From NCBI RefSeq assembly GCF_009914755.1, contig NC_060926.1: a stretch of 64,000 bases of DNA; one strand, given 5' to 3'. A program made the translations under genes and the position numbers. Under the pieces are notes generated by a model, which saw only the letters and a program-made list of their open reading frames with translations, made no database searches and was not told where the DNA came from. Shown here piece by piece: positions 28,817-40,575 of the stretch. Source of the DNA: the human T2T-CHM13v2.0 reference genome, Homo sapiens. How positions within the stretch are numbered: the stretch's first letter is position 1; each line of letters starts with the position of its first letter.

Positions 28817-30520
28817 TGTAGAAGGGTATCTGGGATACATAATCTTTATAGAAATTCTAGTGCCACAAAAATTCTAGGAGGATCTACATTTAAAAAAACA
28901 CACAACAGTTTAAGCTGTTTATTCCAATTGAACGCTGTGTGTTTCCATCAGATCCTCAGTGAGATTCAGTCCAATGAGTCAATTGCAAAATAAAGTTTTT
29001 GTCAAGGGAATGGCAGAAAATGACAAAACCACAATTCTGAATGATCATTCAAAAGTAAAAAGTACTTTCTACTACTGTGTGGAGATTTTCTTATCTCTAC
29101 TTTTACTCGAATTGAATCTTTTCTTCTAATGTTCTTTTGAACAGTTTGTCTTTGGTGTCCTGAAAATGTGCACGCTGATAGCAGTACCACATGCTGTCCC
29201 TGGCACAGAGTGAGCTAACAGTTGAACCACCTCTGGGTAACTGCGGACTGCAGCTAGTGTAAGTGCAAGAGAAGGCACCCTGGCCACCAATTCGTTTCAC
29301 ACTCCAATCACCCCCGCCCGCTCTACACCCCCTGGGCACCCGATGCCTCTTCCCTCTGCCAGGCAATTTGCTTCCGTTCTGTTCAACTTTCCGACCTCTG
29401 GCTTTAGAGAATAGTCCTGGCTGTGGGAACTGGCTCTGGGAAGCTTTTGGCGCCCTCCTCATTGGTGACTGGCAAGAGTAACACTTTCACACTCTTAAAA
29501 AGAGCCGTTTAGTTCCTAATGATATTTTCTGGCAAAAAAGAAAATGAAACACACAACCCGGATTCCGGTCCACCAAACGCAGGCCAAGAGCGCGGCTGCT
29601 GAGCCCCGGTCTTGCTGTGAGGCTGTTGTTCCCACTCGCTTCCCGTTTCCACTAGAGTTGATTTGTCTCTTGCCACCTCTCCCCGGCAGTGTGGACCTAC
29701 TGCAACGCAGGAACATCTGGGTTGGTATGGATAGGATCCTAGCATCAGATGCTGGCTGCTGCCCCAGGGACTTCCCGCGGAAATCACCCAGCACTTAGAA
29801 GCCGTTTCAATAAGGAAGTAACCAGTAAAGCATTGCTGGTGGGAGAACCCCGCGAAACATCTTAGAAAAATATCAGAAACCGCTGGAGACCTAATGACCC
29901 ACGTCTCCTCCAGCCTGTGTTCCTCAGCCCTTTCTGGAGGAGTATTAAGTGGTTTGTGGGTTTTTACCCTGCGGTGGGAGGGCTGTTCCAAGTACATCTA
30001 TTTCTGCGATAGTTAACGTCGGGGGGCCCCAGCTCTAACCAGGGCGAGGACCACGGACTGCATCCCTCTCTCTCAGCGCACTGGTCTGTTTACTGGAGGG
30101 TGAGAGGGACGCGCAGACCTCCGGACTCAGGGGTTCTGTTCTGTAGATCCCCCCACCCCACCCGGGGTCTCTGGCACTCGTATCACTTAGCACCAGTGTG
30201 ACTGGCGGTGCATTCCGGCCCCCTCGCGCCCCATTAAAGCCCCTGCACATCCTCTCCCACGCTGCGCTTCTGCTACCCACGCAGCTGCTCCTCTGAGCGT
30301 CCCGCGTGCACAAACGCGCCCCCGGTCCTTACGCGTCGGTGGCGCTGCCTCGCTGAGGTGGCGCCGGGGGAGCCCGCAGAGGCGGCGGGGGAGGGAGTGC
30401 GGAGGAGAGGACCCGTGAGCTGCGGGGACCTGGGCCCGCCGAGCTTTTGGGGAAGCTGGGCTCCGTTCCCCCCGGGCGCCTGGGGCGCGCGGGAAGGCGC
30501 GGAGGACGCGCCGCACTCAC

Positions 30521-30643
30521 CCGCTGCTGCTGCCGGCTGCTGACTGCCACCGCGGCGGCGGACGCGGCGCTGTGCCGGAGCTCGGCCGCCTGCCCAGGTC
30601 TCAACAGGCTCCGGGTGAACCTGCGGGTCCGCTCACCGGCCAT
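30521..30643 (-). CDS. DOCK10: DOCK10 (dedicator of cytokinesis 10, Cdc42/Rac GEF) first coding exon, 123 nt / 41 codons
   Basis: Minus-strand translation MAGERTRRFTRSLLRPGQAAELRHSAASAAAVAVSSRQQQR matches the DOCK10 (isoform 1) N-terminus as I recall it. Strong Kozak context gcgATGG. Ends exactly at a phase-0 donor CGG|GTGAGT (plus-strand actcac at 30515-30520). Lies inside a CpG island. Confidence 0.95.
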
Positions 30644-30900
30644 CGCCGGTCACGCCAATCGCGCCGCGGGCCCGGGGCGCGCCTCCCGCCGGTCTTCCCC
30701 GCGCCAACCTTCTCTATCCACCCGCCGTTCAGGAAGCGGAACTCGGAGCCTTCCCCCCCCTCTTCCTCGCTCAACTCGCAAGAGGCGGGTTTTTCTCTCT
30801 TGCACCCCCACTCTTCCCACCCCCTTCCCTCCTCTGAAGCTTCTCGAAGACTTTCCAAACTCTGCGCTCCCCCGGGCGCGCGCGGCCAACTCGGCTGGCG
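30644..30900 (-). other. DOCK10: Probable DOCK10 5' UTR / transcription start region (upstream boundary uncertain)
   Basis: GC-rich sequence directly upstream of the ATG with no ATG until 30922. The TSS cannot be fixed from sequence alone. Confidence 0.55.
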
Positions 30901-31349
30901 GCCGGGCCCTGCAGCGGCGCATCTGGAGCGGGCGTCGCGGGACGCGTGTGGGGCGGCTCCTGCCCGCGCCGCCCACACGGGCTCAGCTGGCCGGCCGGGG
31001 CTGTCCACGCCGCCCGGGGGAACTGCAGGCTGCGGGGGAGGGCGGGGGGCGGCCGCCGAGGGGCTCCGGGCGGGGCCTGTCCAAGGCCGTCGCCTGTCCA
31101 AGGCCGTCAGCCTCATTTGGAGGTTGCTGGGAGAGTTGGAGCCCTGGATGCATTTGCCGTTTAGACTTCTATTTTCTGGGTCCGGCTAGTGGGTGGGGGC
31201 CAAGCTCGGTTCGCCCTTCCACCCTCGGGAAGGGGTCAGAGGCTTATTAAAGATCTGGTGGCTGGGATCCCAGCAGCATCGCCCAAGCCAGCGTTTGGAA
31301 GGCTCCCTTGCCAGAAGTCCATGTTCAGGGCCTTGGAATAAGCTTCCCC

Positions 31350-31680
31350 ATTCATTCACTCCTTCAATGAGTATTTATTAAGCGCCTACTATATGCCAGC
31401 TCACACTGTTCTGGAAACTGAGGATACGGAGAGGAACTTAGCAACTACACTTTAAGGCTGTGTAGAGCTGATAGGTTTTTTCGGGGTAGGGGTGGGAGAC
31501 AGCAAGTAACCAAGCGAACAAATAAACAAATACAGAGAAATCAAGGAGACAGTTTAAGCTACTAACACGAACTCAAAACCAATAAATCAGCGTTCTGGGG
31601 GTAAGAGACTTTGGGTGGCATTAGGATGAGTAGGCAAGAACCAACTGGCAGGGTTACTATGTAGGGTGGTCAGGTCGGGG
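31350..31680 (-). mobile_element. L2 3' end
   Basis: cattcattcac...tatttattaagcgcctactatatgccag. Confidence 0.65.
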
Positions 31681-33440
31681 GTGGATTTCACAGTTATGCT
31701 GTCTCTGCTCTTCTCTTGCCCATACCCATCTAGCCTGCACTTTGCCTCTAGATAGGTATCTGATGAAAGCCTTCTAAGAAGTCTCTTCCTGGGTCATACC
31801 CAGGGTGGTTCTGCAATTCAGTGTTGGACTGGATGGGGGGCAGAGAAGTTCTGGCCCCTGGATACTGGTCTGGAGAGATCTGGGACAGCCTTTCCAAGTG
31901 GTCTGGTTTTTTCTTAACAGCTTTTTATGGATCCATGACCCTGCCACTTTCTAAAGCCAATGATAGATAGTTATAACACAAGGTCACATTTGGGTATAAA
32001 GAATTCTTAAGCAATTGATAAATGCACTTTAGTCAGCTCTTTGTTAGCCAGGATTCAATTAGCCAGAGATGCTGTTTGGGGATCATTTCAGCACATTCTA
32101 GAAATCATAACAGGCGTAAGAGGGTAAGAGGCTCTGGCAGATTTGGGAAGTGCCATTTGAAACATCATCTAGTTCCAAGACAGCCTGCATAACAAATAAC
32201 TGTACCTGTATTGTATGCTTTCATATTGGTACTCAGTGTGGGAGCAACACCACCTTTCAGGGTAAGCAAAGTAGGTGGTTGCCTCTGTGTTGGTACATGA
32301 AGATCTCTGTAGGAACAGCTCCCTCCAACCGTACCCTTTCCCAGGTGTACCCAGACTTGATGTCTCTGAATGCATATTCCCCTGAGAGAACCGATTAAGC
32401 ACATTTGAATTAACTTGAGCTTCCCAAGAAGAGGTACCTAATCTTTGTCTCTGGTTTCAAAACACTGCCTGGCACACGTAGGCACTCAATAAATATCAGC
32501 TTATGGATGACTTTACAAAGGGCTCAGATGGGCTAGTGCAGTCAGAGAGCTGGGTGTGCCTGACACAGAGAAAGTCAGAGAGGAGAAGAGAAAGGTGTGC
32601 TGAAAGGGAAGGCTATAGTAATCGATAATACATCAGAATGTGCCCTGCACAAGGCAACTCGCTGATCCAAAACACTGAGTAGCACACACAACCCAATCTC
32701 CAACAATATCGAGTAACAGAAAGTCACTTACAATTTGTTAATCGTACAATTAATACACCTAATTGTACTTTTTCCAGCTTCAGGAGGTCACCCAGAGCAC
32801 TGGTGTGAGAGGGTTTAACGAACAAATGCCTGTTTGCCCAATCCATACCCTGTATGATGTTAATTCCGTGGGTCACACCGAGTAGGAAGGCAGGTTTAAG
32901 TGTTGATAGCATACCTCTCACACCCAGGGCATGTCAATAATGATACTTCAGAGACTCTCCTCCGCCCTTATGATCATGTAGGTTTTAGTTAAGCTTCCTT
33001 CGGGCACCAAGGAGAGAGAGCTGAGTGTCGACCCTTGCCCCTGCCCTTGTAGCATAAATACACTTATTTTTTGCTACAGAAATGTAACTTCAGGTCTGCT
33101 GATTTGGGACCTTGACTCTGCTGGCCACCCATCTCTCAGATCCCTGGAGAAACTCGGCTCAGATGCTTGGTAAACGCAAATCTGTGCACATATCATGAAG
33201 TATGTTAAGTTTCTTGGAACAGCTAGTTAATAAGAGAATCTTCAAGGGCTTGTAATATTGTAGAATAGTGGTTAAAATACATGCTCTGAAGTCCAATTAC
33301 CTTTGTTCAAATCCCAACTCCGTAAGCCTCAGTTTCTTACCTACGCAATCAAGATAGTAGTTGTGTGGCTGGGCTGCTGAGAGAGTTACTTAAATTAGTG
33401 TAAATTTCTTCAAAAGTGACTAGCACATGGACTTCAATAA

Positions 33441-33608
33441 CTGTTATTATCCCTACACTTGCAGATAACTCAGGAATTAAACAAGCTTCCATGTCTTTTC
33501 ATATATTTGATTCTCATATGAACCCTGTTATTATTCCTACACTTGCAGATAACTCAGGAATTAAACAAACTTCCATGTCTTTTCATATATTTGATTCTCA
33601 TATGAACC
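33441..33608. repeat. 84-bp tandem duplication (2 mismatches), adjoining a MIR (about 33265-33445)
   Basis: Copies at 33441-33524 and 33525-33608. Confidence 0.95.
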
Positions 33609-34394
33609 TTTGCGAGAAGAAGGATGGATGGGTATTATCTTGGAGCCAAGGCTGGGGATTTAATGAGCATTCTGGAGACAATGTCTTAACCCAAATCAAT
33701 GACTATGGAATTTCATGAACAAGAATAACAATAACAATGTAATCCTTATAGTATTAACCCACTATTGTGTAACAATATGTAACTATAACATAATGTGCTA
33801 CAGTTTGGATAATAGTTTCACATATATTATTTCACTTGAATTTTAATATATTATAAAATGGGGTTGTTCAGCCCATCTATCCCATGTCTCGCTGTCTAAA
33901 ATTGTAGATGGATCATTAAAAGAGCTCCCCAAATGCATGGAACAGACATTTTAGAAACCAGTGGTTGCAAATTTTGCTAAATGTTCTCAAATCAAGATTG
34001 TACTAATACATAGAATGCAGAGGCTGCAATCAAGTTTTATCAGTGTTTGAATTTGCCAATTCATTTGAGTTGTCACGAGACAAGCCATTCACTGAGGAAG
34101 AAATAACCCCACTCAACAGACACTTATGGAATATCAACTATGGACAGGATCTCACACTATGCTAGGAGGGCACAGAGCTGAGCAAAATGTTTCTGTCTCC
34201 AAAAAGCTCAATTTCATACAGAGGAACTGACTTAAAAAACATTACTGGTGCTCATGGGTGAGTGGGTAGGGGGTGAGAGTAAGATTTTGGAGATGGAGCG
34301 TCTATGGACCCATGTTAACATTTTATACTTCATATTTTTATGACTTTTTAAATAAGATTGAAAAAATTGGTCTCAATAACATGGAATTTTCTAG

Positions 34395-34518
34395 CCTTCT
34401 CTTTCTCTTCCCCTCTTTACTTACCTCCTTTTCTCTCTTCTTCTTTCTTCCTTTCTCTCTTTGTCCTTTTCTTTCCTTCCCTCACTGCTTCCTCCCTTCC
34501 TTCCCTTCTTCCTTCTTT
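34395..34518. repeat. CT-rich low-complexity tract
   Basis: Polypyrimidine (CTTT/CTTC) run. Confidence 0.85.
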
Positions 34519-35262
34519 AAAATTTGATACTCTTCTTATTCATACTAAAGCATCACTTACTTTCATAAGATGTAGTAAGCACTGATTACTTGACCTGGTA
34601 CAATTCAAAGCTTTATAGAATTAAGAAACCACAACTGTCAATAGCCCTCTCCTGTCATCCTTCTACATGACTGTGTCCATGTCTTATCAGCAAGGAAAGA
34701 CTTCAGAAATTTTTTCATAGCAGTAATAAGTATAAATGTGAAAACTGTACTATATTTTCCAAAATACCTACAGACATAAGAGTGTGTAAATTTAGTTATT
34801 AGTCTAGGAGTGTGACTCTTGGACGAATAACTAAATTTGCACACTAAATGACTAAATTAGATCTTGATACCCAGAGATTGTAGGAGGTGGGGCAAATACT
34901 CCTTGCATCCATTCCATGGCATTGAGCCACCCTTCCTAAGTGATACCAAGCCCAGTGTACCCTGGGTGTCAGCCTGGGCATCACCATGTCCCAGTGCTTA
35001 ACTATATCAAGTTTGTCTAGTGTTGCACCATTTACAAAGCACACTCATTATTTCATTTGATTCTCAATCATTCATTCTAAAATGCACATGGGACATGTGA
35101 TATTGCCCCCACCGTACATAAGGGAAAGCTGGGAGAGAATTTGATAGCATGGAAATTAGGAGGGAAATTTTGCTAATTAATAAAAAAGAAAGATACAGAA
35201 ATAGGAATACAAATGCCCAAGTTAAAATGGTTTTCTGATATTATAGGAAGCCTTCCTTTATT

Positions 35263-36243
35263 TTATTTTATTAATTATTATTATTATTTATTATACTTTA
35301 AATTCTGGGATACATGTGCAGAACGTGCAGGTTTGTTACATAGGTATACATGTGCCATGTTGGTTTGCTGCACCCATCAACCTGTCTTCCAGGTTTTCTG
35401 TGTGATTTTCCTCTCCCTGTGTCCATGTGTTCTCATTGTTCAACTTCCACTTATGAGTGAGAATATGTGGTGTTTGGTTTTCTGTTTCTGTGTTAGTTTG
35501 CTGAGAATGATGGTTTCCGGCTTCATCCATGTCCCTGCAAATGACATGAACTCATTCTTTTTTATGGGGGCACAGTATTCCATGGTGTATATGTGCCACA
35601 TTTTCTTTATCCAGTCTATCACTGATGGGCATTTGGGTTGGTTCTAGTTCTTTGCTATTGTAAATAGTGCTGCAGTAAACATATGTGTGCATGTGTCTTT
35701 ACAGTAGAATGATTTATAATCCTTTGGGTATATACCCAGCAATGGGATTGCTGGGTCAAATGGAATTTCTTGTTCTAGATCCTTGAGGAATCACCACACT
35801 GTCTTCCACAATGGTTGAACTAATTTACACTCCCAACAGTGTAAAAGCATTCCTATTTCTCCACATCCTCTCCAGCATCTGTTGTTTCCTGACATTTTAA
35901 CGATCGCTATTCTAACTGGAGTGAGATGGTATCTCATTGTGGTTTTGATTTGCATTTCTCTAATGACCAGTGATGAATGAGCTTTTTTTCATATGTTTGT
36001 TGGCCACATAAATGTTTTGTTTTGAGAAGTGTCTGTTCATATCCGTCACCGACTTTCTGATGGGGTTGTTTCTTTTTTTCTTGTAAATTTGTTTAAATTC
36101 CTTGTAGATTCTGGATATTAGACCTTTGTCAGATGGATAGATTGCAAAAATTTTCTCCCATTCTGTAGGTTGCCTATTCACTCTGATGATAGTTTCTTTT
36201 GTTGTGCAGAAACTCTTTAATTAGATCCCATTTGTCAATTTTG
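35263..36243 (-). mobile_element. 5'-truncated primate L1 (L1PA7/8-like) 3' end with 18-bp TSD
   Basis: Encodes ORF2 C-terminal WIKKMWHIYTMEY and [30 protein letters not shown] aggaa(g/a)ccttcctttatt at 35245-35262 and 36244-36261. Confidence 0.92.
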
Positions 36244-37269
36244 AGGAAACCTTCCTTTATTAAGGGAAAAGTATATTTGTCTTATTTTTACAATAGAAAT
36301 GGAGGTCCACAGAGGCAGGTGACTTGCCTTGATAATGTAGTAGTGTAATTGGGTGGGTAAATTAAAATAATTTTGTTTATTGAAAGTATAATGCTTGTCA
36401 TATTCAGCAATAAGTAAAGTATCAGAATTGTAAACCAAATTGTTGGAAAAATACTTTGCCACAGCACATCTTGATTCCTAACACTAAGAAAAAAATAAGC
36501 AATTGAATGTACATCCAGTGGTGTTTTGGCTGAATACTATTTCATAAGATACATTTTTCCTAACCTTACCAAGAGAATATTAAAGAGCTACAAGAAAAAT
36601 ATGGTTTGAAAGGTATGATATTAATGGGGTCTATTAGTTCTTGAGTTCTTGCTGGAGCTGAAGCCATCTGAAAAAGCTGAGTGCCTCCATGTTGTCTATG
36701 GAAAAAGGTATTAAATCTGATATGTATTTCTTACTGTGTTTAGAAGACAGATCACTTCTTGGGAGAAAATTACACTTAAAGTAATATGATTTGAATCTGA
36801 AACACTGCCAGGCTGTATATCGTGCCAATACGCATGCAGTGTGGCATTCTATCACTATTAGTCCACCAGAATCCTTGGGGCATAGTGCAAACAGAGGTAC
36901 ATGATTGAAAGAAAAGAATGACTATTTTTAACTGGCAACCAGTCTCTAGGTTCTCTATCCTACTTTGGCTTTTATTTGTAGTCTAGCCTAAGGGAATTAA
37001 TGTCCCAGGATCTTTTTTTCCTCCATCTGTAAAAGTTACTCAGAGGCAGATTTTGGCTCCATATGAAGAAGGAAAAGATTAGTAAATATTAGATGGGAAC
37101 ATTTTTATTTCTTACGTGCATAATTAAACCCTTGTACTTACTTTATTTTTCCAGACATTTTAATGTTCTCCTCCATTTTTCCAGTGTGGTGATTACTCCT
37201 GATATCTACTAGTCTCACAGAAATAGAACTTGATATGTAAAAAAGTTCTATCATAATTATTTCTTTTGT

Positions 37270-38180
37270 TTCTTAAAGAGAGCAACATAAAAATAAATCT
37301 GTTGTCTAATATTTCATTGAGAATTTTGCATCTACACATATGAGTGACATTGGTCTACCTTTTTTATTTTTGGAACTAATGTGACATTTTGCCAGGGAGA
37401 TTTTTCTGGCTTCCTTAATTAAATTGGAGAGCTTTCTGCCTCTTTCCATGGTCTACAGCAATTTAAATAACATTGGGCTTATTCGTTCTCCAATGGTTGG
37501 ATACAATCCAGCTGTGGAACCATCTGGTTTTGGTACATTTTTTAATAGGAGATCTATAATCATTTTCAAATCCCTTGTATGGTAATTGGTCTATTCAAGA
37601 TTTTTCACATCTTTTATTTCTTAATAATTTATATTTTACTAATAATATCATCCCATTTTTCTAGATTTTAGAAATGTTTGCCTTAGAATTGCATGTAACA
37701 CTGAATGATATGTGTTCCCTTCTGTTATGTATTCTTTAAAATTTTATTATAAATATTTTAAACATGGCTAAAAAGTATTACAAAGAACACAATGAATACT
37801 CATAAATCCTCCAGGTATATTAAACTATTTTAAATTGGAGAAATCATGACCTTTCATCTCTACATAGCTCAGCATTTATCTCCAAAAAGTAAGAATATTC
37901 TCCTACATAACTGCAATATTATTTAACACATTGAATTCAACAACAATTCCTTCATTTTTTTTGTCATCCAGGTCATATTTGAATTTCTCCAATTGTCCCC
38001 CAAATAACTTTTTCTCAGCTGATTTGATCAATCTCAAATTTAATCTTGAAGATGCATTGCTTTGGTTGTCATGTCTCTTAAGACTTTAATTTGAAACCAT
38101 TCTCCTCCCATTTTTGATAATGACTTTGACTTTTCGAAGAGACCAAGCCAGTTATTCCAAGTTTTGTTATCTTTTGCTAA
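37270..38180 (-). mobile_element. Old L1M/L1ME fragments
   Basis: gaattttgcatctac, ccatctggttttggtac, aatattctcctacataac, ccaattgtcccccaaat motifs. Confidence 0.6.
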
Positions 38181-38187
38181 CATTTAA

Positions 38188-38490
<303 letters not shown>

Positions 38491-38544
38491 TAATTTGTTG
38501 CTTTTTATCTGAAGCCTTTTAAAATACATACTTTAAAAAAATTA

Positions 38545-39625
38545 TTTTTTTTAAATTTGCACATAACAATTATACAATGCACTGTGATCAGATCAGGGTG
38601 ATTAGCATATTCATTGTCTCAAACATTTGCCATTTCTTTGTGTTAAGAATAATCAATATTCTCTTTCTAGCTATTTGAAACTGTATAGTAACATTATTGT
38701 TAACTATAGTCATTCTACAGTGTTATGAAACACTAGAACTTATTCCTTTTATCTAGCTGTAATTTTCTATCCTTTAACAAATGACTCCCTTTCTCTCCTT
38801 CTCCCTACCCTTCCTAGCCTCTAGCATTTTTTGTTCTAATGAGATCAACTCTTTTAAGCTACCACATATGAGTGAGAACATGAGTGGTTTAATTTTCTGT
38901 TCCTGGCTTATTTCAGTTAACATAATATCTTCTAGTTCCATCCATGTTACCTTGAATGACAGGATTTTATTCTTTGTATGGCCGAATAGTATTCTATGGT
39001 GTATATATAGCACTTTTTCTTTATCCATTCATCTGTTGTCAGACACCTGGGTTGATTCCGTATCTTGGCTATTGTGAACAGTGTTGCAATAAACATGGGG
39101 GTACAAATGCTTTTCATATAATGATTTCCTTTCCTTTGGATAAATGCCTAGTAGTAGGATTGCTGGATCATACGGTAGTTCTATTTGTAGTTTTTGAGGA
39201 GCTTTTATACTCTTCTTCACAGGGCTTTATTACTTTACATTCTTAAACAACAATGTATAAGAGTTCACTTTTCTCCACATCCTTGCCAGCATTTGTTATT
39301 TTTTTGTCTTTTTGATAATAACCATACTAATTGGAGTGAGATGATACCTCATCGTGGTTTTGATTTGCATTTCCCTGATAATTAGTGGAGTTAAGTATTC
39401 TTTCATATATTTTTTGACCATACGTATGTCTTCTTTTGAGAAATGTCTGTTCAGATCATTTGCCCATGTTTTAAGTCAGATTATTTGTTTTTTGTTGTAG
39501 AAATGTTTGAATGCCTTGTATATTCTGGATTTAGCCCTCTGTTGGTTTGAGAACATTTTCTCCCAATCTGTAGGTTGTGTTTTCACTCTGTTGATTGTTT
39601 CCTTTGCTGTGCAGAAAGTTTTTAG
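38545..39625 (-). mobile_element. L1MA-type 3' end
   Basis: gatcagatcagggtgattagcatattc 3' UTR. ORF2 remnants TWMELEDIMLTEISQ and IELPYDPAILLLGIYPKE. Confidence 0.85.
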
Positions 39626-40090
39626 ATTTTAAAATCCTTCCTCAATTAGTGGCTAATCGCTTTTCTCATTCTTAATCTCGAATATTTTTACTTCCTCCTT
39701 TTTTCCTTAATTGGGTTCTCAAGAGGGATTATCTACTGTAGTAGTCTCCTCAAGGAACTTGTAGTTGTTTTATTAGTTTGACTTTGTACTGTTTATTTTT
39801 TTCATTAATAAGCTATTTTCTTAACCAAGAGAGGAATATCAGATGCTATAGAAGAAAATATAGTACTATTTAAATACATAAAATCTTAAATCTTCATTAT
39901 GGCAATATTAATAAAATGCCAGTATATAAATGACATAATTTAGTACATGTTTGTAATACAAATAAACAAGAAAAGCCAATATCTCTATTATATAAAGATC
40001 TCTTACTAACGGACAAGAAAAATATAAAAAATGAGCAAATTAGTAAAAAAGAAAGTCTAATACAAAAAGCCAAATTAAAAGAAAACAGAA

Positions 40091-40575
40091 TAAATCATGC
40101 TGCTATAAAGACACATGCACACGTATGTTTATTGTGGCACTATTCCAAATAGCAAAGACTTGGAACCAACCCAAATGTCCATCAATGATAGACTGGATTA
40201 AGAAAATGTGGCACATATACACCATGGAATACTATGCAGCCATAAAAAAGGATGAGTTCATGTCCTTTATAGGGACATGGATGAAGCTGGAAACCATCAT
40301 TCTGAGCAAACTATCGCAAGGACAGAAAGCCAAACACCACATGTTCTCACTCATGGGTGGGAATTGAACAATGAGAACACATGGACACAGGGTACAGAAC
40401 ATCACACACTGGGGCCTGCTGGGGGGTGGGGAGATGGGGGAGGGATAGCATTAGGGGATATACCTAATGTAAAGGATGAGTTAACAGGTGCAGCATACCA
40501 ACATGGCACATGTATACATATGTAACAAACCTTCATGTTGTGCACATGTACCCTAGAACTTAAAGTGAAAAAAAA
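40091..40575 (+). mobile_element. 5'-truncated L1PA 3' end
   Basis: ORF2 C-terminus MFIVALFQIAKTWNQPKCPSMIDWIKKMWHIYTMEYYAAIKK, G-rich 3' UTR, poly-A, TSD aaaacagaa (40082-40090 and 40576-40584). Confidence 0.93.

Larger units (their letters stand above)
29540..31250. promoter_or_regulatory. CpG island, TATA-less promoter of DOCK10
   Basis: Abrupt rise in GC and CpG density (core about 30000-31240). Multiple GGGCGG boxes (about 30951, 31040-31075). Tandem ETS-like GGAAGCGGAA at 30732-30741. Confidence 0.9.

Noticed and set aside
30330-30366. Two CTCF-like half motifs (GGTGGCGC)
   Set aside because: The 5' half of the consensus matches poorly, and such matches are common in GC-rich DNA.
30329-30520. 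Continuation of the 104-aa ORF past DOCK10 codon 41
   Set aside because: Lies beyond the canonical GTGAGT donor, so it is intronic read-through rather than DOCK10 protein.
30447-31250. 267-aa plus-strand ORF and other long overlapping ORFs in the CpG island
   Set aside because: Non-ATG starts, R/A/P/G low-complexity products, expected from stop-codon scarcity in GC-rich DNA; antisense to the real exon.
40125-40367. ORF with L1 ORF2 C-terminal similarity (also 35440-36181 and 38774-39220)
   Set aside because: Short 5'-truncated L1 remnants, non-functional.
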